From NCBI GenBank assembly GCA_016764355.1, contig JAESSA010000009.1:1524-65523 (forward strand): DNA of 64,000 nt. Reading direction: 5' to 3'. How positions within the stretch are numbered: the stretch's first letter is position 1; the number at the start of each line of letters is the position of its first letter. The notes beneath the pieces are model-generated. The model was given only the letters and a program-made list of their open reading frames with translations, searched no databases and was not told the origin of the DNA. Below, piece by piece: positions 52,267-63,365 of this stretch. Both the position numbers and the translations under genes were made by a program. Origin of the DNA: Sneathiella sp. GTDB taxonomy: Bacteria > Pseudomonadota > Alphaproteobacteria > Sneathiellales > Sneathiellaceae.

Positions 52267-52533
52267 TCAATTTCTCGTATCACCAAAAACGATGGATCGA
52301 TAGTCCACCCACCCAAATTCATCTGTCGCCCAAAAGGTCCCAAATAGAATTACTGTAACAAGTGTGGTGATTGCAAATTTCTTCCACATTGCAGGGCTGG
52401 CGGGGGCGCTTGCTACGGTTCCGGGCTCAACTTCCCCCTCTTCCTCTTGAGTACGAATGCCCCAAGGGAGAACCATAAATAAAACGATTATCCAGGTAAT
52501 ACTGAAAACCACTATCCCACCAACAATCGACAT
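52267..52533 (-). CDS. DUF1467 family membrane protein
   Basis: W..VLFMVLPWGIRTQEE.G...PGT..SAP; typical position after mce. Confidence 0.88.
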   Translation of the reverse strand: MSIVGGIVVFSITWIIVLFMVLPWGIRTQEEEGEVEPGTVASAPASPAMWKKFAITTLVTVILFGTFWATDEFGWVDYRSIVFGDTRN

Positions 52534-52545
52534 AACCCGGCCTTT

Positions 52546-52950
52546 TTAAATTTGTTCTAATTCGACAAGTGTTCCGTCGAAATCTTTTGGATGCAAGAAT
52601 AGAACTGGCTTTTTATGAGCGCCCATTTTAGGCTCGCCACTTCCAAGTATACGGGCACCCTTTGCGATCAATTGATCGCGAGCTGCCAGAATATCTTCCA
52701 CTTCATAGCAAATGTGATGCATGCCGCCAGAGGCGTTTTTCTTCAAAAAACCTTCGATTGGAGAATTTTCTCCCAGAGGATGGAGAAGTTCAATTTTTGT
52801 ATTGTCCAACTCAACAAAAACAACGGTGACACCATTATCAGGTTCATCTTGAGGAGGGCTCACTTTCGCGCCCAGAACGTCGCGATAAGTTCTAGCAGCC
52901 GCTTCCAAATCTGGTACTGCAATTGCTACGTGGTTTAATCGACCAATCAT
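52546..52950 (-). CDS. mce: Methylmalonyl-CoA epimerase
   Basis: LNHVAIAVPDL, GGMHHICYEV and FLHPKDF.GTLVELEQ motifs. Confidence 0.96.
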   Translation of the reverse strand: MIGRLNHVAIAVPDLEAAARTYRDVLGAKVSPPQDEPDNGVTVVFVELDNTKIELLHPLGENSPIEGFLKKNASGGMHHICYEVEDILAARDQLIAKGARILGSGEPKMGAHKKPVLFLHPKDFDGTLVELEQI

Positions 52951-52971
52951 TTTTATTTTTCCTTCCAGCCG

Positions 52972-54645
52972 TTAAGTTATATCTTCTTCAATTCTGACAA
53001 CATGAACATCCGTTATAGGTCTGCGTCTCGCCAGTTTACGAAAAACACTGCGAATAGAACGGCGTGCACTTTCCTCCACTTCGGAATCGTTCATGCGCTT
53101 TGCTTTGCTCATTTCGTAATGGCGTGCCTTAATTTCCTTGCTTAAGGTATCCATAAGTCCTGGAAACAAACCAACATCCACAACACCGCGCAGCCTGACA
53201 ACAGGCTCTTCCGTAATTTGGCCTTTTTCATTCACGATCACAAGAGCATTAGCTGATCCGTTAAAAATCATCCGCCGGCGTGTCGCTAAGAAATCACCAT
53301 CCAATGATGTCAGCCCGCCCGCATCGACAGCAAAGCGGCCAACAGGCACTTTGTCGATGATCTCAACGGGACCTGGCGCTAATCTTAATATATCGCCATT
53401 TTTTATCTCAATTGCCTGCTCAGCTCCAAGTGATAAAGCAAGGGCGCAATGTTCTTTCAAATGACGGGCTTCACCATGAACAGGAACAGCCACTTTTGGG
53501 CGAACTGTTTCATACATATGTTTCAATTCATCGCGCGCCGGATGACCCGATACGTGAACAAATTCATCCGCTTCGGTAATGACGTTAATATTTGCTTCTG
53601 TCAGTTGATTGTGAAGCGCATACAATGATTTTTCATTTCCAGGGATTACTTTCGATGAGAAGATAACCGTATCACCTGCCGTCAAACTCACATCATTATG
53701 GTCGTCCCTAGCAATCCGAGCCATGGCACCGCGGGGCTCCCCTTGGCTCCCCGTACAAAGAAGTAAAATTTTATTCCTCGGGATATGACCTGCGTCTTTA
53801 GCATCAAGGAAAGGGGGTAAATCAAGTAAATACCCTGATTTTTTGGCTGCAGCGGTCATGCGGTGTAAGGATAGCCCAACAAGAACCACATGACGATCAT
53901 GTTTTTCAGCTACTCTTGCAATGGATTCAAGGCGTGCAATATTTGAGGCAAAAGTCGTAACCGCAACCCGTCCCTCAGTAATTGTCCCAAGAAGCTTATC
54001 GAGGCTTGCCTGTACATCGCCTTCTGATCCGGATGTACCAGACTTAAACACATTTGTTGAATCGCATACCATAGCCAAAATATCGCCACCAGACGATATT
54101 TCCCGCATCTTTTCCATGTTACTGGCTGGTCCAACAACTGGGTTGGGATCCAGTTTCCAATCACCACTATGCAGCACTTTGCCGTAAGGCGTGGTAATCA
54201 TGAGAGCCTGCATTTCAGGGATAGAATGCGTTAGGTCGACAAAGTCTAAATGGAAGTCTCCTAATTGCAGGGAACTTCCGGGAGAGACAATATTTACCTC
54301 AACCTCGTCCTCTAACCGTTCCTCCACCAACTTATTATGGAGTATTTGAGCCGTAAAGGGACTGGTATAAACAGGACACCGAAACTGCGGCCAAAGACGG
54401 GCAACAGCGCCGACATGATCTTCATGAGCATGAGTGACAATAATTGCCAAAAGGTCTTCTGAACGCTCCGCGATCCAACTGGCATCAGGCACGATCACAT
54501 CGACTCCTGGCGCCCGTTCATCGGCAAATGAAATACCACAATCAACCATCAACCATTTGCCATTACAGCAATACAAGTTGAGGTTCATACCGATCTCACC
54601 ACTCCCTCCCAACGGGAGGAAAAGGAAACTGTTATTCAAATTCAT
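52972..54645 (-). CDS. rnj: Ribonuclease J
   Basis: PLGGSGEIGMN, THAHEDHVG, TGSQGEP, HVSGH and PVHGE motifs. Confidence 0.97.
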   Translation of the reverse strand: MNLNNSFLFLPLGGSGEIGMNLNLYCCNGKWLMVDCGISFADERAPGVDVIVPDASWIAERSEDLLAIIVTHAHEDHVGAVARLWPQFRCPVYTSPFTAQILHNKLVEERLEDEVEVNIVSPGSSLQLGDFHLDFVDLTHSIPEMQALMITTPYGKVLHSGDWKLDPNPVVGPASNMEKMREISSGGDILAMVCDSTNVFKSGTSGSEGDVQASLDKLLGTITEGRVAVTTFASNIARLESIARVAEKHDRHVVLVGLSLHRMTAAAKKSGYLLDLPPFLDAKDAGHIPRNKILLLCTGSQGEPRGAMARIARDDHNDVSLTAGDTVIFSSKVIPGNEKSLYALHNQLTEANINVITEADEFVHVSGHPARDELKHMYETVRPKVAVPVHGEARHLKEHCALALSLGAEQAIEIKNGDILRLAPGPVEIIDKVPVGRFAVDAGGLTSLDGDFLATRRRMIFNGSANALVIVNEKGQITEEPVVRLRGVVDVGLFPGLMDTLSKEIKARHYEMSKAKRMNDSEVEESARRSIRSVFRKLARRRPITDVHVVRIEEDIT

Positions 54646-54861
54646 TTGATCCGACTATTTTGGAATTATACTGGTGACTTCCTATCAGTATTAGCAACAA
54701 TACCAAAGAGCTTTCTTTGTTTTTGCTTGCAACCTATCAAAAGGTACAGACGTAATCTGACGCTCATTTTCAGCATAAGAATAACGAGAGGGAAAAGATC
54801 CATTTGTAGAAATTTTCTGTGGGCTTGATCCTGTGGATTTTGGCAATAAAATTAAAAATTA

Positions 54862-55296
54862 TTATTTTAAACTTAAAAAATCTGGAAATTTATAACCGGA
54901 ATCTAAACCTAGCCAAGACTTTACTTTTCCCTGTATATCTGGGTTTTCAGTTGAAAATATGTCGTACTCATTCGAATTTTCAGCAGAAAGACTATGGAAG
55001 ACTCTTAGGAGCCCAACGACTATAAGGCTATCAACAATGAAAGCTTCTTTGAAATTTCCAGTTCCAGGTCCCCTCGCTGAAACTTTCTCAGTTAAAATCC
55101 TGACGTCCTCACTATTCATTACAACTTTTGCATTCGTGAAATCAGTTATTCTGTTTAAGCCACTCCTGTAGTCCTTATGCATCAGGATCGCTTCCCCTCG
55201 CTCCAAAATAATCGGCAAATCGAGCACACCAAAATGACGTATAAAAATACAATTCGCCGCGTCATCAATTTGGATTTCAAAACGAGCTTTTTCCAC
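54862..55296 (-). CDS. Hypothetical protein, possible STAS/SpoIIAA-like fold
   Basis: 144-aa ORF co-oriented between coaX and rnj. Fold inferred only from the alternating pattern (RITDFT, EAFIVD, W near the C-terminus). Confidence 0.6.
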   Translation of the reverse strand: MEKARFEIQIDDAANCIFIRHFGVLDLPIILERGEAILMHKDYRSGLNRITDFTNAKVVMNSEDVRILTEKVSARGPGTGNFKEAFIVDSLIVVGLLRVFHSLSAENSNEYDIFSTENPDIQGKVKSWLGLDSGYKFPDFLSLK

Positions 55297-55319
55297 AGAA
55301 ATACCTATTTTTACGCAAA

Positions 55320-56102
55320 CTAGAGTGTCATTTTGTTTCTACGATAAATCTCAACAAGCCCCGTCAGGGTAAGATCACCATCGACCACATCAATCTTGGT
55401 TGTTCCTTTTGCAAATAAAGGCGCTAAACCACCAGTTGCTATGGTCTTTAATTTTTGTCCATATTCATTTTGAATGCGTTCGATCAACCCTTCGATCATA
55501 CTTACATATCCCCAATAAATACCCGACTGCATACATTCCAAGGTACTTTTACCAATGACTTTAGCCGGTTTTTCAACAGCAATTCGGGGCAATTTTGCGG
55601 CGGCTTTATGTAATGCACCCAAGCTGAGGTTAACACCTGGCGCGATAATACCGCCAGCATAGTTCCCGTCCTCATCCACGACATCGAGTGTGGTTGCCGT
55701 TCCAAAATCCAATACGATTAAGGGTCCGCCATATTTGCTGTGCGCAGCGACGGCATCAACTAAGCGATCCGCTCCTGCCTCTTTAGGGTTATCGATTTGT
55801 GGTATCATCCCTAAATCAACATTTGCCTCTCCAATCACAAGAGGCGTGCAATTGAAATAACGTTTGCACATACCTTTAAGATTAAACAAAGACTCGGGCA
55901 CGACTGTACCAATAATGACGGCTTTAATATCGTTTAGATTAACTTTGTCCAATGACATGGCTTGGCTCAACCAAACACCATATTCTTCTGCTGTTCGGGT
56001 AGCGGAAGTCGCTATTCGCCATTCATTTAGAAGGCTCGTGCCAGAGAAGGCCGCAAAAGTAATATTGGTATTTCCGACGTCAATTGCTAACAGCATGCCC
56101 AA
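55320..56102 (-). CDS. coaX: Type III pantothenate kinase
   Basis: AIDVGNTN, GADRL, DFGTATT and ATGG motifs. Confidence 0.96.
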   Translation of the reverse strand: MGMLLAIDVGNTNITFAAFSGTSLLNEWRIATSATRTAEEYGVWLSQAMSLDKVNLNDIKAVIIGTVVPESLFNLKGMCKRYFNCTPLVIGEANVDLGMIPQIDNPKEAGADRLVDAVAAHSKYGGPLIVLDFGTATTLDVVDEDGNYAGGIIAPGVNLSLGALHKAAAKLPRIAVEKPAKVIGKSTLECMQSGIYWGYVSMIEGLIERIQNEYGQKLKTIATGGLAPLFAKGTTKIDVVDGDLTLTGLVEIYRRNKMTL

Positions 56103-56114
56103 CCTCTTTTTAGT

Positions 56115-56885
56115 TTATGAGGCTGGAAAGAAAATTTCTCCTGCCGTCACATGTTTTATTGATCCGTCATTATCCGTCAAAATCAAAGCACCACTTGGAT
56201 CCAGGCCGGAAAAAATTCCGCTAAATTCCTTATCAGCTAAACGCACGATAATAGGTGATCCAATACCTGTTGCCCGTTTCAACCACATCTGCCGAATAGG
56301 CTCAAACCCATCCTCTTGCCAAATTGTATATAATTCCAATAGGTTAAGGCAATAACTTTCTAGTACCCGATTAACGGAGCCCCGACCGCCTTCTTTTTTC
56401 AAGCAGGTTGCGGGGAGACCTTCTGTCACTTTTGGGTAGTTTTCAATATTGACCCCGGTTCCAATAACAAGCCAATCCAGATTGCCAGACGCATTGCTTT
56501 TACTTTCCAGTAAAATACCGGCTATTTTCTGTTTATTGACCAAAAGATCATTGGGCCATTTAAGGGCAAGATCTGATCCCATTGGAAGGAATTCGTGAAG
56601 GGTTTTATGTAAGGCAACAGCCACAAGAAACGAGAGTTTCGCCCCCTCCGCCGCAGTGCAATCTGGGCGGATCAATAAGGAGCAATATAAATTACCTTCG
56701 GGGCTAGTCCATTCCCGTCCTCGGCGACCAACGCCTTGCTCTTGAACTCGGGACCATACGAGCTGGCCTTCGATGGCCCCTTGATCGGCTAACTCCCGCG
56801 CATATTCATTGGTACTTCCAATGGTATCAAACGCAGATAGACTAAAAAAGGGCGGAAGTGTTAAGCCTCCGCCGCCCTTATTCAT
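56115..56885 (-). CDS. birA: Biotin--protein ligase (no HTH domain)
   Basis: GSTN, GVGRRGREW.SP.GNLY, LKWPND and KIAGILLE motifs. Confidence 0.96.
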   Translation of the reverse strand: MNKGGGGLTLPPFFSLSAFDTIGSTNEYARELADQGAIEGQLVWSRVQEQGVGRRGREWTSPEGNLYCSLLIRPDCTAAEGAKLSFLVAVALHKTLHEFLPMGSDLALKWPNDLLVNKQKIAGILLESKSNASGNLDWLVIGTGVNIENYPKVTEGLPATCLKKEGGRGSVNRVLESYCLNLLELYTIWQEDGFEPIRQMWLKRATGIGSPIIVRLADKEFSGIFSGLDPSGALILTDNDGSIKHVTAGEIFFPAS

Positions 56886-58324
56886 TACTGGAACAACACA
56901 GCGGCGGCGGCAGCTGCACTCGATAAAAGAGGTGCTGGATATACAAAAAACAAAGCTGTAAAAATTCCGGCCCCGCCCATGATCCAGGTCATAGTGCGAT
57001 TGGCAGGCTTGAAACCTTCTTTTTCATCGTCAAAATACATGATTTTGATAATACGAATATAGTAAAAAGCACCGACAACGGATGCCAGCAAGCCAATAAC
57101 AGCAAGCGCATAAAGGCCAGAATTGATTGCAGCAACGAAGACGTAGAATTTGCCAAAGAACCCAGCCAATGGCGGTACGCCAGCCAAGCTGAACATAAAG
57201 ATCATCAAAAGGAATGCCATAACGGGACGTGTTTTACCAAGGCCCGCAAGTTCAGAGATGTCTTCAACCATGCCATCTTTTTGGCGCATGGAAAGGATAA
57301 TGGCAAATGTGCCGATATTCATGACCACATAAATGGACATATAGATCAACACACCGCGAACACCTTCTTCGGTACCAGCAGCCAACCCAACCAGAGCATA
57401 CCCAATGTGACCAATTGAAGAATAGGCCATCAGACGTTTGATATTCTTTTGATTAATGGCGGCAAAGGCACCAAGAACCATAGAAGCAATGGAGATAAAA
57501 ATGATGATTTGTTGCCATTGGCCCACAGCGTCCCCGAAAGGTATCAGGAACGTCCGCATGAACAACGCCATGCCAGCAATTTTTGGCGCGGCTGCAAAGA
57601 ATGCAGTTACAGGTGTTGGCACCCCTTCATAGACATCCGGTGTCCACATATGGAAGGGAACCGCGGATACTTTAAAGGCAAGGCCAGCAATCAAGAAGAC
57701 AATTCCAACCAACAAGCCAAGACTGATATGACCTTGCTCTCCCGCAACAACAGTAGCAATTGCATCGAAATTCGTGCTGCCGGTAAATCCGTAGATAAGG
57801 GAGCAACCATAGAGCAACATGCCTGAAGATAGCGCGCCGAGAACGAAATATTTAAGTCCTGCTTCAGTAGAGCGAACACTGTCTCTGCGGAAGGCCGCCG
57901 TCACATATAGGGACAAGCTCATCAATTCGATACCCATATACAGGGACATCAAATCGTTCGCTGAAATCATCACCATCATGCCGAGGGAGGCCGTAACGAT
58001 CAGAACTGGAAATTCAAAGCGATCCATTTTCTCACGCTTGTTGAAATCCATACTCATGATAATCGCAAGAATAGAGGCACCAAGCGCCAATATTTTCATG
58101 AAATTACCAAAAGCATCAGTTCGGTATAAATCGCTGAAGGTTAGTTGGGTATCACTCCCCCCCAACACAACGAGAAACGCCGTGATAATCAAGGAAAGGA
58201 CAGCAAGCCACGATACAGGGCCTGTTGCGTCTTTTCCTTTGAAGACACCAAACATTAAAAGGAACAGTGCAGCCGCTGCCAGAAAAATTTCCGGAAGTGC
58301 GATTGAGAATTCAGGCAAAACCAT
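56885..58324 (-). CDS. nuoN: NADH-quinone oxidoreductase subunit N
   Basis: EAGLKYF and FKVSAVPFHMWTPDVYEG motifs; operon order. Confidence 0.97.
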   Translation of the reverse strand: MVLPEFSIALPEIFLAAAALFLLMFGVFKGKDATGPVSWLAVLSLIITAFLVVLGGSDTQLTFSDLYRTDAFGNFMKILALGASILAIIMSMDFNKREKMDRFEFPVLIVTASLGMMVMISANDLMSLYMGIELMSLSLYVTAAFRRDSVRSTEAGLKYFVLGALSSGMLLYGCSLIYGFTGSTNFDAIATVVAGEQGHISLGLLVGIVFLIAGLAFKVSAVPFHMWTPDVYEGVPTPVTAFFAAAPKIAGMALFMRTFLIPFGDAVGQWQQIIIFISIASMVLGAFAAINQKNIKRLMAYSSIGHIGYALVGLAAGTEEGVRGVLIYMSIYVVMNIGTFAIILSMRQKDGMVEDISELAGLGKTRPVMAFLLMIFMFSLAGVPPLAGFFGKFYVFVAAINSGLYALAVIGLLASVVGAFYYIRIIKIMYFDDEKEGFKPANRTMTWIMGGAGIFTALFFVYPAPLLSSAAAAAAVLFQ

Positions 58325-58338
58325 TTTCCAAAACCTAC

Positions 58339-59850
58339 CTATTTAGTCGCGTGCAGCGTTGAATTCGTAGCATCCAAAGCCAACTGATGTTGTTCCATCA
58401 GGTTGGTAACAGAGGCATGCATAACATCGAGGAACGGATCGGGGTATATGCCAATCCACATAGCGACGGCGATAAGCGGAATGAAAATAGCCATTTCCCG
58501 CTTGTTCACATCCACAATTGATTTCAAGTCTTCTTTGACCAATTCACCAAAGACAACCCGGCGATAAAGGTACAAGCTGTAAGCCGCCCCCAAAATAACA
58601 CCGGTTGTTGCAAGGAAAGCAGTCCATGTGCTGACCTGATAGGCACCGACCAGGATGAGGAACTCTCCGACGAAGCCACTGGTGCCAGGCAAGCCAACCG
58701 TTGCCATTGTGAAGATCATGAAAATAACGGCGTAGCGCGGCATGCGATGGACCAACCCGCCATAACGGGCAATTTCCCTAGTATGAATACGATCGTAAAT
58801 GACACCAACACACAGGAAGAGCGCACCCGAGACAATACCATGACTGATCATTTGGAGGATGCCCCCCTCTAACCCTTGTTGGGTGAAGGTGAAGATACCA
58901 ATGGTAATGAAACCCATATGCGCCACGGATGAATAAGCAATCAGCTTTTTCATATCTTTTTGCACCAACGCCACCAAGGATGTGTAAATGATAGCAACCA
59001 CACTCAAACCAAAGACCATTGGGGCAAAATATTGCGAGGCATCGGGGAACATAGGAATAGAGAACCGCAAGAATCCGTATCCGCCCATTTTCAGCAAGAC
59101 ACCCGCCAAGATAACAGAACCCGCTGTTGGGGCCTGAACATGGGCATCGGGGAGCCAAGTATGAACCGGCCACATGGGGACTTTCACCGCAAACGATGCG
59201 AAGAAAGCCAACCATAACCAGAACTGCAAATCCACACCGAAGTTATACGCCATTAATGTTGGAATATCTGTCGTTCCAACAATGACATACATGGTGATCA
59301 TTGCAGCCAGCATGAGCACGGACCCTACAAGGGTGTAGAGAAAGAATTTAAAACTGGCATAGACGCGATTTCCACCGCCCCAAATTCCAATAATCAGGAA
59401 CATTGGGATAAGACCCGCTTCAAAGAATAAGTAGAAGAGAACCATATCAAGGGCACAGAACACACCGATCATCAGTGTTTCCATGATCAGGAAGGCGATC
59501 ATATATTCTCGAACGCGCGTCCCAATGGATTCCCAACTTGCTAAAATGCAAATTGGCATCAGGAAGGTAGTCAGGATGATAAACAGCATGGAAATACCGT
59601 CGATCCCCATATGGTAATTAATACCACCGCCCAGCCAATCTGCTTTTTCAACAAACTGAAAGCCAGCTTCAGAAGTATCAAAGTTAATCCAGATCAACAA
59701 TGACACCGCGAAGGTAATCAATGTGGTCCATAAAGCAACCTGACGCACGTTGCGTGCCGCCACTTCTTCCTTACCACCCGTAAGCAAGATCAGTAACGCG
59801 CCTACTAACGGCAGGAAGGTCACAAATGAGAGAATATTCCAATCAAGCAT
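58339..59850 (-). CDS. nuoM: NADH-quinone oxidoreductase subunit M
   Basis: [21 protein letters not shown] and LLKMGGYG motifs. Confidence 0.97.
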   Translation of the reverse strand: MLDWNILSFVTFLPLVGALLILLTGGKEEVAARNVRQVALWTTLITFAVSLLIWINFDTSEAGFQFVEKADWLGGGINYHMGIDGISMLFIILTTFLMPICILASWESIGTRVREYMIAFLIMETLMIGVFCALDMVLFYLFFEAGLIPMFLIIGIWGGGNRVYASFKFFLYTLVGSVLMLAAMITMYVIVGTTDIPTLMAYNFGVDLQFWLWLAFFASFAVKVPMWPVHTWLPDAHVQAPTAGSVILAGVLLKMGGYGFLRFSIPMFPDASQYFAPMVFGLSVVAIIYTSLVALVQKDMKKLIAYSSVAHMGFITIGIFTFTQQGLEGGILQMISHGIVSGALFLCVGVIYDRIHTREIARYGGLVHRMPRYAVIFMIFTMATVGLPGTSGFVGEFLILVGAYQVSTWTAFLATTGVILGAAYSLYLYRRVVFGELVKEDLKSIVDVNKREMAIFIPLIAVAMWIGIYPDPFLDVMHASVTNLMEQHQLALDATNSTLHATK

Positions 59851-59853
59851 GAC

Positions 59854-61788
59854 TTATGACCCGCTGCTTAGGAAAAAGAAGGAAACGAACGCGGCGACAC
59901 CGATAAGCATCGCAAATGCGTAGTGATATAGATAACCGCTTTGCAGCATAGAAGCGCGTTTTGCCAGCCCAATAACCCGAGCCGAAACGCCATCGGGTCC
60001 AAGACCGTCAATGATTTTTCCATCGCCAATATTCCAAAGTTGATGACCAATCCATTTAGACGGCTGAATAAACAAGAAGTTATACAGCTCATCAAAATAC
60101 CATTTATTCAAAAGGAACTGGTATAGCGCTGAATGGGTTTTAGCCAATTGAACAGGAATATCTGTCCGGCGGATATACATGTTGAAAGAGACCAACAAGC
60201 CAAGAACACCGGCCACGATAGGAAGATACTTAACCCAAGCTGGAACATCGTGGAAACCTTCCATGACAATATTCCGATCCAGGATTAAAATTGAGTCACC
60301 CCAGAATTCTTTATAATTATGACCAACCATTGGCTCATAGAAAACGAAACCTGCAAAGATTGCGCCTGCTGCCAAAACATACAGCGGGAACAACATCACA
60401 AATGGGCTTTCGTGAACATGTGACATAACTTCTTTGGTTGCGCGAGGCTTACCGTGGAAAGTCATGAAGATCAGGCGCCACGAATAGAACGCTGTTAAGA
60501 CAGCGGCACCAATACCACACCAAAATGCATAATCACCGACACCTGTACCGGCCGCGTAAGCCGCTTCAATCACCGCATCTTTGGAGAAGTAACCGGAGAA
60601 GAAAGGAACACCTGTCAAAGCAAGGGTTCCAATAATCATCATGGCATAAGTAATTTTAATATGCTTGGCAAGGCCACCCATTTTTCGCATGTCTTGCTCA
60701 TCAGACACAGCATGGATCACAGCACCGGATCCTAAGAACAGAAGCGCTTTGAAAAATGCGTGTGTGAAAAGATGGAAGATCGCAACTGGATATGCGCCAA
60801 CACCGATGGCGAAGAACATATAACCAAGCTGAGAACATGTAGAATAGGCAATCACCCGTTTGATATCGTTCTGAACCAATCCGACAGTTGCGGCGAACAA
60901 GGCCGTGGAAGCACCTACCGCGGCGACAACCGCAAGAGCCGTCGGCGAATACTCAAAAATTGGCGAACATCTGGCAAGCATAAAGACGCCAGCAGTCACC
61001 ATTGTTGCAGCATGGATCAAGGCAGACACAGGGGTCGGACCTTCCATGGCATCAGGAAGCCATGTGTGCAGACCAAGCTGCGCCGATTTACCCATGGCAC
61101 CTAGGAACAGAAGCAAGCTGATTGTCGTGATGATATCCAGCTCATAGCCTAGAAACTCAAATGTGTTTCCAACCTGCGCTGATACACCGGCGAACACAAC
61201 ATCAAAGCTGACTGACCCGAAGACCATGTAAATGGCCATAATGCCCAGAGCAAAACCAAAGTCACCAACGCGGTTTACAACAAACGCTTTGATTGCTGCC
61301 GCATTCGCTGTTGGCTTCTTATACCAAAACCCGATCAGAAGATAACTGGCAAGACCAACGCCTTCCCAACCAAAATACATTTGCAGGAAGTTGTCTGAAG
61401 TGACCAACATCAACATGGCAAATGTAAAGAGGGACAAGTACGCCATGAAACGGGGCTTATGATCATCATGCGCCATATACCCGATAGAATATATATGCAC
61501 GAGGGCGGAGACCGTATTCACAACAACCAGCATAACTGCTGTCAGGCTATCAATACGCAGGGCCCAGCTCACATCGAAGCTACCGGATTTAATCCAGGTG
61601 AAAAGCTCTACCGATTGAGGGTCTTGACCAAAAGCCACTTGATATAAAGCAACCCAAGACAGGATCGCACTTAAGGAAACCGCACCGGATGTTAAAATCT
61701 GGCTCCCTCTATCCCCTAACTTACTGGCAGTTAAACCAACAGTCAGCGCCGCGAATAGAGGAAGAAATACTATGAGGACGTACATCAT
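59854..61788 (-). CDS. nuoL: NADH-quinone oxidoreductase subunit L
   Basis: GKSAQ..LHTWLPDAMEGPTPVSALIHAATMV and HAFFKALLFL motifs. Confidence 0.97.
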   Translation of the reverse strand: MMYVLIVFLPLFAALTVGLTASKLGDRGSQILTSGAVSLSAILSWVALYQVAFGQDPQSVELFTWIKSGSFDVSWALRIDSLTAVMLVVVNTVSALVHIYSIGYMAHDDHKPRFMAYLSLFTFAMLMLVTSDNFLQMYFGWEGVGLASYLLIGFWYKKPTANAAAIKAFVVNRVGDFGFALGIMAIYMVFGSVSFDVVFAGVSAQVGNTFEFLGYELDIITTISLLLFLGAMGKSAQLGLHTWLPDAMEGPTPVSALIHAATMVTAGVFMLARCSPIFEYSPTALAVVAAVGASTALFAATVGLVQNDIKRVIAYSTCSQLGYMFFAIGVGAYPVAIFHLFTHAFFKALLFLGSGAVIHAVSDEQDMRKMGGLAKHIKITYAMMIIGTLALTGVPFFSGYFSKDAVIEAAYAAGTGVGDYAFWCGIGAAVLTAFYSWRLIFMTFHGKPRATKEVMSHVHESPFVMLFPLYVLAAGAIFAGFVFYEPMVGHNYKEFWGDSILILDRNIVMEGFHDVPAWVKYLPIVAGVLGLLVSFNMYIRRTDIPVQLAKTHSALYQFLLNKWYFDELYNFLFIQPSKWIGHQLWNIGDGKIIDGLGPDGVSARVIGLAKRASMLQSGYLYHYAFAMLIGVAAFVSFFFLSSGS

Positions 61789-61797
61789 TGCTCTGAA

Positions 61798-62109
61798 TTA
61801 GCCTTTCATGTGATGGATGTCCTCAACCGCGATAGTCCCACGATTTCGGAAGTAAACGACGAGGATGGCAAGGCCAATGGCAGCTTCACCGGCTGCAACC
61901 GTCAAAACAAAGAGGGCAAATACCTGTCCGACCATATCGTGAAGGAAGGATGAAAACGCCACCAAATTGATATTAACCGCGAGCAACATAAGCTCCACTG
62001 ACATCAAAATCACGATAACATTTTTTCGGTTCAGGAAGATCCCGAAGATACCGAGCGTCAGCAAGATCGCTGAAACACTTAAGTAATGAGCAAGTCCGAT
62101 TTCCATCAT
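61798..62109 (-). CDS. nuoK: NADH-quinone oxidoreductase subunit K
   Basis: LMSVELML and [12 protein letters not shown] motifs. Confidence 0.97.
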   Translation of the reverse strand: MMEIGLAHYLSVSAILLTLGIFGIFLNRKNVIVILMSVELMLLAVNINLVAFSSFLHDMVGQVFALFVLTVAAGEAAIGLAILVVYFRNRGTIAVEDIHHMKG

Positions 62110-62116
62110 CTACCTC

Positions 62117-62731
62117 CTATACGCCTTGGCCGGGTTCAACTTTACGAACCACCATAGAGTCTTCAGGACGGCGATATACTTGCTCAGCAATCACCTGCTT
62201 TTTAACACCTGACCGCTGACGATGGGTCAAAACAATTGCCCCGATCATTGCAACCAGCAAAATCATGCCCGCAATCTGGAATAAATAAACATATTGGGTG
62301 TAAATCAGACTACCCAGCTGTTCCGTATTATTCATTTCTGTCATGGCGACAGTTGGTGCGGAACTCAGCTGCAAGGCCTCAGGTGAGAGTTGCCATCCAC
62401 CAACAACTAACAACAGCTCGATCATCAGAATAATTCCGATAAGAGCACCGATGGGTAGATACTGAAGGAAACCCTGCCGTAATTCGGAAAAGTTAATGTC
62501 CAACATCATAACAACAAACAGGAACAGAACCGCCACTGCGCCCACATACACCACAATCAAAATCATAGCGAGAAATTCAGCACCGAGCAAAACAAACAAG
62601 GCCGCCGAATTAAAGAAGGCAAGAATAAGGAACAAAACCGAATGAACCGGGTTCTTGGATGATATGACCATAAAGGCGGACGCAACGGTCAACGTCGCAA
62701 ATAGATAGAAAGCAAGTGTTGAAATAATCAT
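62117..62731 (-). CDS. nuoJ: NADH-quinone oxidoreductase subunit J
   Basis: NPVHSVLFLI and VYVGAVAVLFLFVVMML motifs. Confidence 0.97.
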   Translation of the reverse strand: MIISTLAFYLFATLTVASAFMVISSKNPVHSVLFLILAFFNSAALFVLLGAEFLAMILIVVYVGAVAVLFLFVVMMLDINFSELRQGFLQYLPIGALIGIILMIELLLVVGGWQLSPEALQLSSAPTVAMTEMNNTEQLGSLIYTQYVYLFQIAGMILLVAMIGAIVLTHRQRSGVKKQVIAEQVYRRPEDSMVVRKVEPGQGV

Positions 62732-62795
62732 TACTTCTCTCCCCCCATTGATGATGACATTAAATTAATCGTATAGCTCACAGCACTTATTCCAC

Positions 62796-63284
62796 TTATC
62801 TGTATGGCGTATCAGCGTTCAGGTTTAGCGCAATCTCTTGCTCCCACCGATCGCCATTAGCAAGGAGTTTCTCTTTATCGTAGAAAAGCTCCTCACGTGT
62901 TTCTGTTGCGAATTCGAAGTTAGGTCCTTCAACAATGGCATCAACTGGACACGCTTCCTGACAAAAACCGCAGTAAATGCATTTGGTCATGTCGATGTCA
63001 TACCGTGTCGTCCGCCGACTGCCATCATCGCGAGGTTCCGCGTCAATGGTAATGGCCAATGCAGGACAAGCCGCTTCACAGAGTTTACAAGCGATACAAC
63101 GCTCTTCACCGTTCGCATAACGGCGCAAAGCGTGTTCACCCCGGAAACGCGGACTAAGAGGTCCCTTTTCGTAAGGGTAATTAATCGTCGCTTTAGTTTT
63201 GAACATATACCGTAATGTAAGACCAAGGCCTGATACAATTTCGGTTAGCAGCAAACTGCGCGCTTGTTTATCAATGAAGCCCAT
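62796..63284 (-). CDS. nuoI: NADH-quinone oxidoreductase subunit I
   Basis: Two CxxCxxCxxxCP 4Fe-4S motifs. Confidence 0.98.
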   Translation of the reverse strand: MGFIDKQARSLLLTEIVSGLGLTLRYMFKTKATINYPYEKGPLSPRFRGEHALRRYANGEERCIACKLCEAACPALAITIDAEPRDDGSRRTTRYDIDMTKCIYCGFCQEACPVDAIVEGPNFEFATETREELFYDKEKLLANGDRWEQEIALNLNADTPYR

Positions 63285-63365
63285 AATGAAGTAGCCTCTT
63301 ATACCTTTGTTTTCAGAACTTTTGAGGACATCTTCCCCAAAAGATTAGTTACGCTTTTACTAGAC

